Positions 30,897 through 32,907 of a stretch of DNA of 32,907 nt are shown one piece after another; within the stretch, counting starts at the first letter, position 1; every line of letters begins with the position of its first letter. The stretch lies in NCBI GenBank assembly GCA_002269645.1, contig NIVC01004866.1:1-32907 (forward strand). Reading direction: 5' to 3'. The notes beneath the pieces were generated by a model. It was not told the DNA's origin. It worked only from the letters and a program-made list of their open reading frames with translations, and made no database searches. This stretch comes from Macrostomum lignano. Lineage: Eukaryota. The translations under genes were made by a program, and so were the position numbers.

Positions 30897-32562
30897 CTAT
30901 TCTGTGCACTGATTATCGCTACTTTGTTCTTGCAGATCACCTAGCTGCTGAGCGCTCGATACTTTGGTCTTTTTCCTGCCAAAGGAGGCGATGTCGAAGA
31001 TGAGTTCGAACAGCACGCACAGGGTGAGCAGAGACATTCCCAGGTAGATGCCCATGATGCCGCCGACGTCCGAGATGAAGTCCTGCAAACCGTAGTCAAT
31101 GGATCGCAAGTTCATCCGAAGTGCACTTTGAGCATGTTGCTCGATGCGGCTTGAAGTGCACTTTGAGCATGTTGCTGCGGATGTATGAGGACACGATCGA
31201 CTCGTTTCCGTTCACGACGAGGTCGAGAGCCGGAACACTCAGATTCTTAGACTTGGCCCTCATCCAAACAGGTTGGATTGAGCTGCTGACGAACGGCATC
31301 ATTGAGCTCTGAGTGGGCCAGTCGGAACTGGAGATGGTCGCGCTATACTGCAGTGTGCTGCAAAGTCGTTTAGCTTTACATGCCTTTTTCGATTTTACGT
31401 CGATCTGACTGATGAGAGGTTCCAGAGATGGGTCGCTAAAAAATACCAAGAAGTTTGGATCACCTGTAAGGTTGAGTGCGAACTTCTTTCCACGCAGAGG
31501 CCACGGAAGAGGACCGGCATCGCTTGACAGATTGACGAGCTGCTGCATCTGTCGGTGGAACTCGTAGTAGAAGCAGTACGAGTAGCTGTACGAGTGCTTG
31601 TATGGAGTCTCGTCGTACGGGTTCACGAACTGAACGTCCGGCGGGTCGCTCAGACAGTCGAACTGACCAGCCTTGTACACCTGCTGCGTCATGTCGATCT
31701 CGACGGTGTGGGACTTTCCGGGTCCAAGCGAGAACGAGCTCACGAAGTCGGATGGATACTCACCTGGAGGCGTGAGGAACACTTTCACACCTGCCTGTCT
31801 GTCGGGTCCGTTGTAGTCGGCGACATTGAGCGACCAGTTGGACACAGGAATGGGAGTTCGTCTTGCGTACACCATCTTGCGGATCGAGTGTCCGCTCGAT
31901 GCGAGTCCTTGAAACGACGAGTCCGTAACCAGGTGACCACAATGCCGGATGATGAGCCGGTCTGTTCAATCTGTTGTTGCCACGTGCTGTTCAGAGTCCA
32001 CTTGAGACAGCGCAAGTACATCGGATGGTAGAAGGTCTGCGCTTTGATGGACACATATTCGGCCATTCCGTAACCTGTTTTAAACTTGAAGTCACTCGTG
32101 ATGATGCTCTGTTCGTTTCGGTGAGCCAGAGCATCAATCAACAGCTGATATGATATTGACTGAGGATAGGAACGTGAGAGCGTCATCTCTTGGGGTGTAG
32201 CGTCCATTGATCCGTTTCTTTGAAGTTTTCGCCGTAGGAGTGTTTGAGAGCCAATGAGCTGAGCGTTGATTGCAGCAGCCGATGCCTCATCAATAGTAGC
32301 AGAGTAGCTGCCAGAGATCGGGTTCTCGAAAACAGGTGTACACATCCGGGAACTGGAAGTTGAGGCTGTTTCCATCAAGCGAGCTGGTGACCTGCCGAGA
32401 CTGCAGCTTGACAACGAATTGGTAGAATCCGTAAAAGAAGAGTCCCGACATCAGCAGCATCAGGATGAGCCAGAAAGCTCGCACAATCAGCGGTTTGCTG
32501 CTCACTACTCTGGGTAGTCCGTGCACTGATGTTGAAGCCATGGCTTTCTTGACTTGCTGCAT
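30897..32562 (-). pseudogene. DEG/ENaC paralog E, disrupted
   Basis: Full-length homolog with homopolymer indels near 32330 and 31933 (possible errors). A templated duplication/replacement at 31098-31141 breaks the frame before TM2. Confidence 0.85.
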
Positions 32563-32761
32563 GCTTGGTTTTCTCGTTTTAATTTTTTGAATGCGAAGCT
32601 TCCTCTCTGACCGGGATGACTTGCTATTTTTGCGATGCTTTTTTAAGTAGTTGGCAATCGCCTCCGTTCTCCGCCCCGGCGTACGGCTCAGTGTACATTT
32701 CTGATCGCATTTTTATGTAATGTACATTGCTCAATGCTCAATATCGGCACCGAACAAATCT

Positions 32762-32805
32762 AGAACTTTCTAGAACCCCTAGAACTTTCTGGAACATTCT
32801 AGAAG
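32762..32805. promoter_or_regulatory. Heat-shock element array (perfect 3-unit plus perfect 5-unit nGAAn inverted repeats) upstream of paralog E
   Basis: GAA/TTC/GAA at 32763/68/73 and GAA/TTC/GAA/TTC/GAA at 32782/87/92/97/32802, 200 bp upstream of the ATG at 32562. Confidence 0.75.
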
Positions 32806-32907
32806 CTTACTATGTGGGTATATTTTGAGGGTGGTGCGTGCGATCTTGAGAGACTACTTTTCATGATTGTTGCTATCGAAGACAGATCAACTACATGGAT
32901 CTCTCTC

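Noticed and set aside
18311-32031. Recurrent plus-strand ORFs such as MELVVEAVRVAVRV... repeated in each channel gene
   Set aside because: They are antisense shadows, conserved only because the DEG/ENaC DNA is duplicated. Their lengths vary freely between copies.

Overview
Eukaryotic (invertebrate-like) genomic DNA. It resembles the flatworm Macrostomum lignano, but the species cannot be confirmed from sequence alone. The left half (1-17.9 kb) is a transposon and repeat nest. It holds a complete 4.67-kb Ty3/gypsy LTR retrotransposon (9792-14462, minus strand, tRNA-iMet PBS, PPT, CATA TSD) and a near-identical partial duplicate of it together with adjacent LINE RT DNA (1-3695). It also holds a 4.4-kb satellite of 23-bp units with higher-order structure, a Helitron-like 5' end, a 34-bp hAT-like palindrome and a decayed piggyBac. 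The right half (18.2-32.9 kb) is a tandem array of intronless DEG/ENaC-family ion-channel genes: two intact, two disrupted and one inverted fragment. Their ectodomains keep only 3 of the 7 canonical disulfides, and the paralogs are sequence mosaics. The most unexpected signal is a set of perfect heat-shock elements (nGAAn arrays) in the cluster: a complete HSE-TATA-Inr module at 29663-29922 and an 8-unit HSE array 200 bp upstream of the last channel gene. This suggests an HSF-controlled, intronless DEG/ENaC array, which is an untested inference. Many single-base G/C homopolymer indels look like long-read assembly errors.
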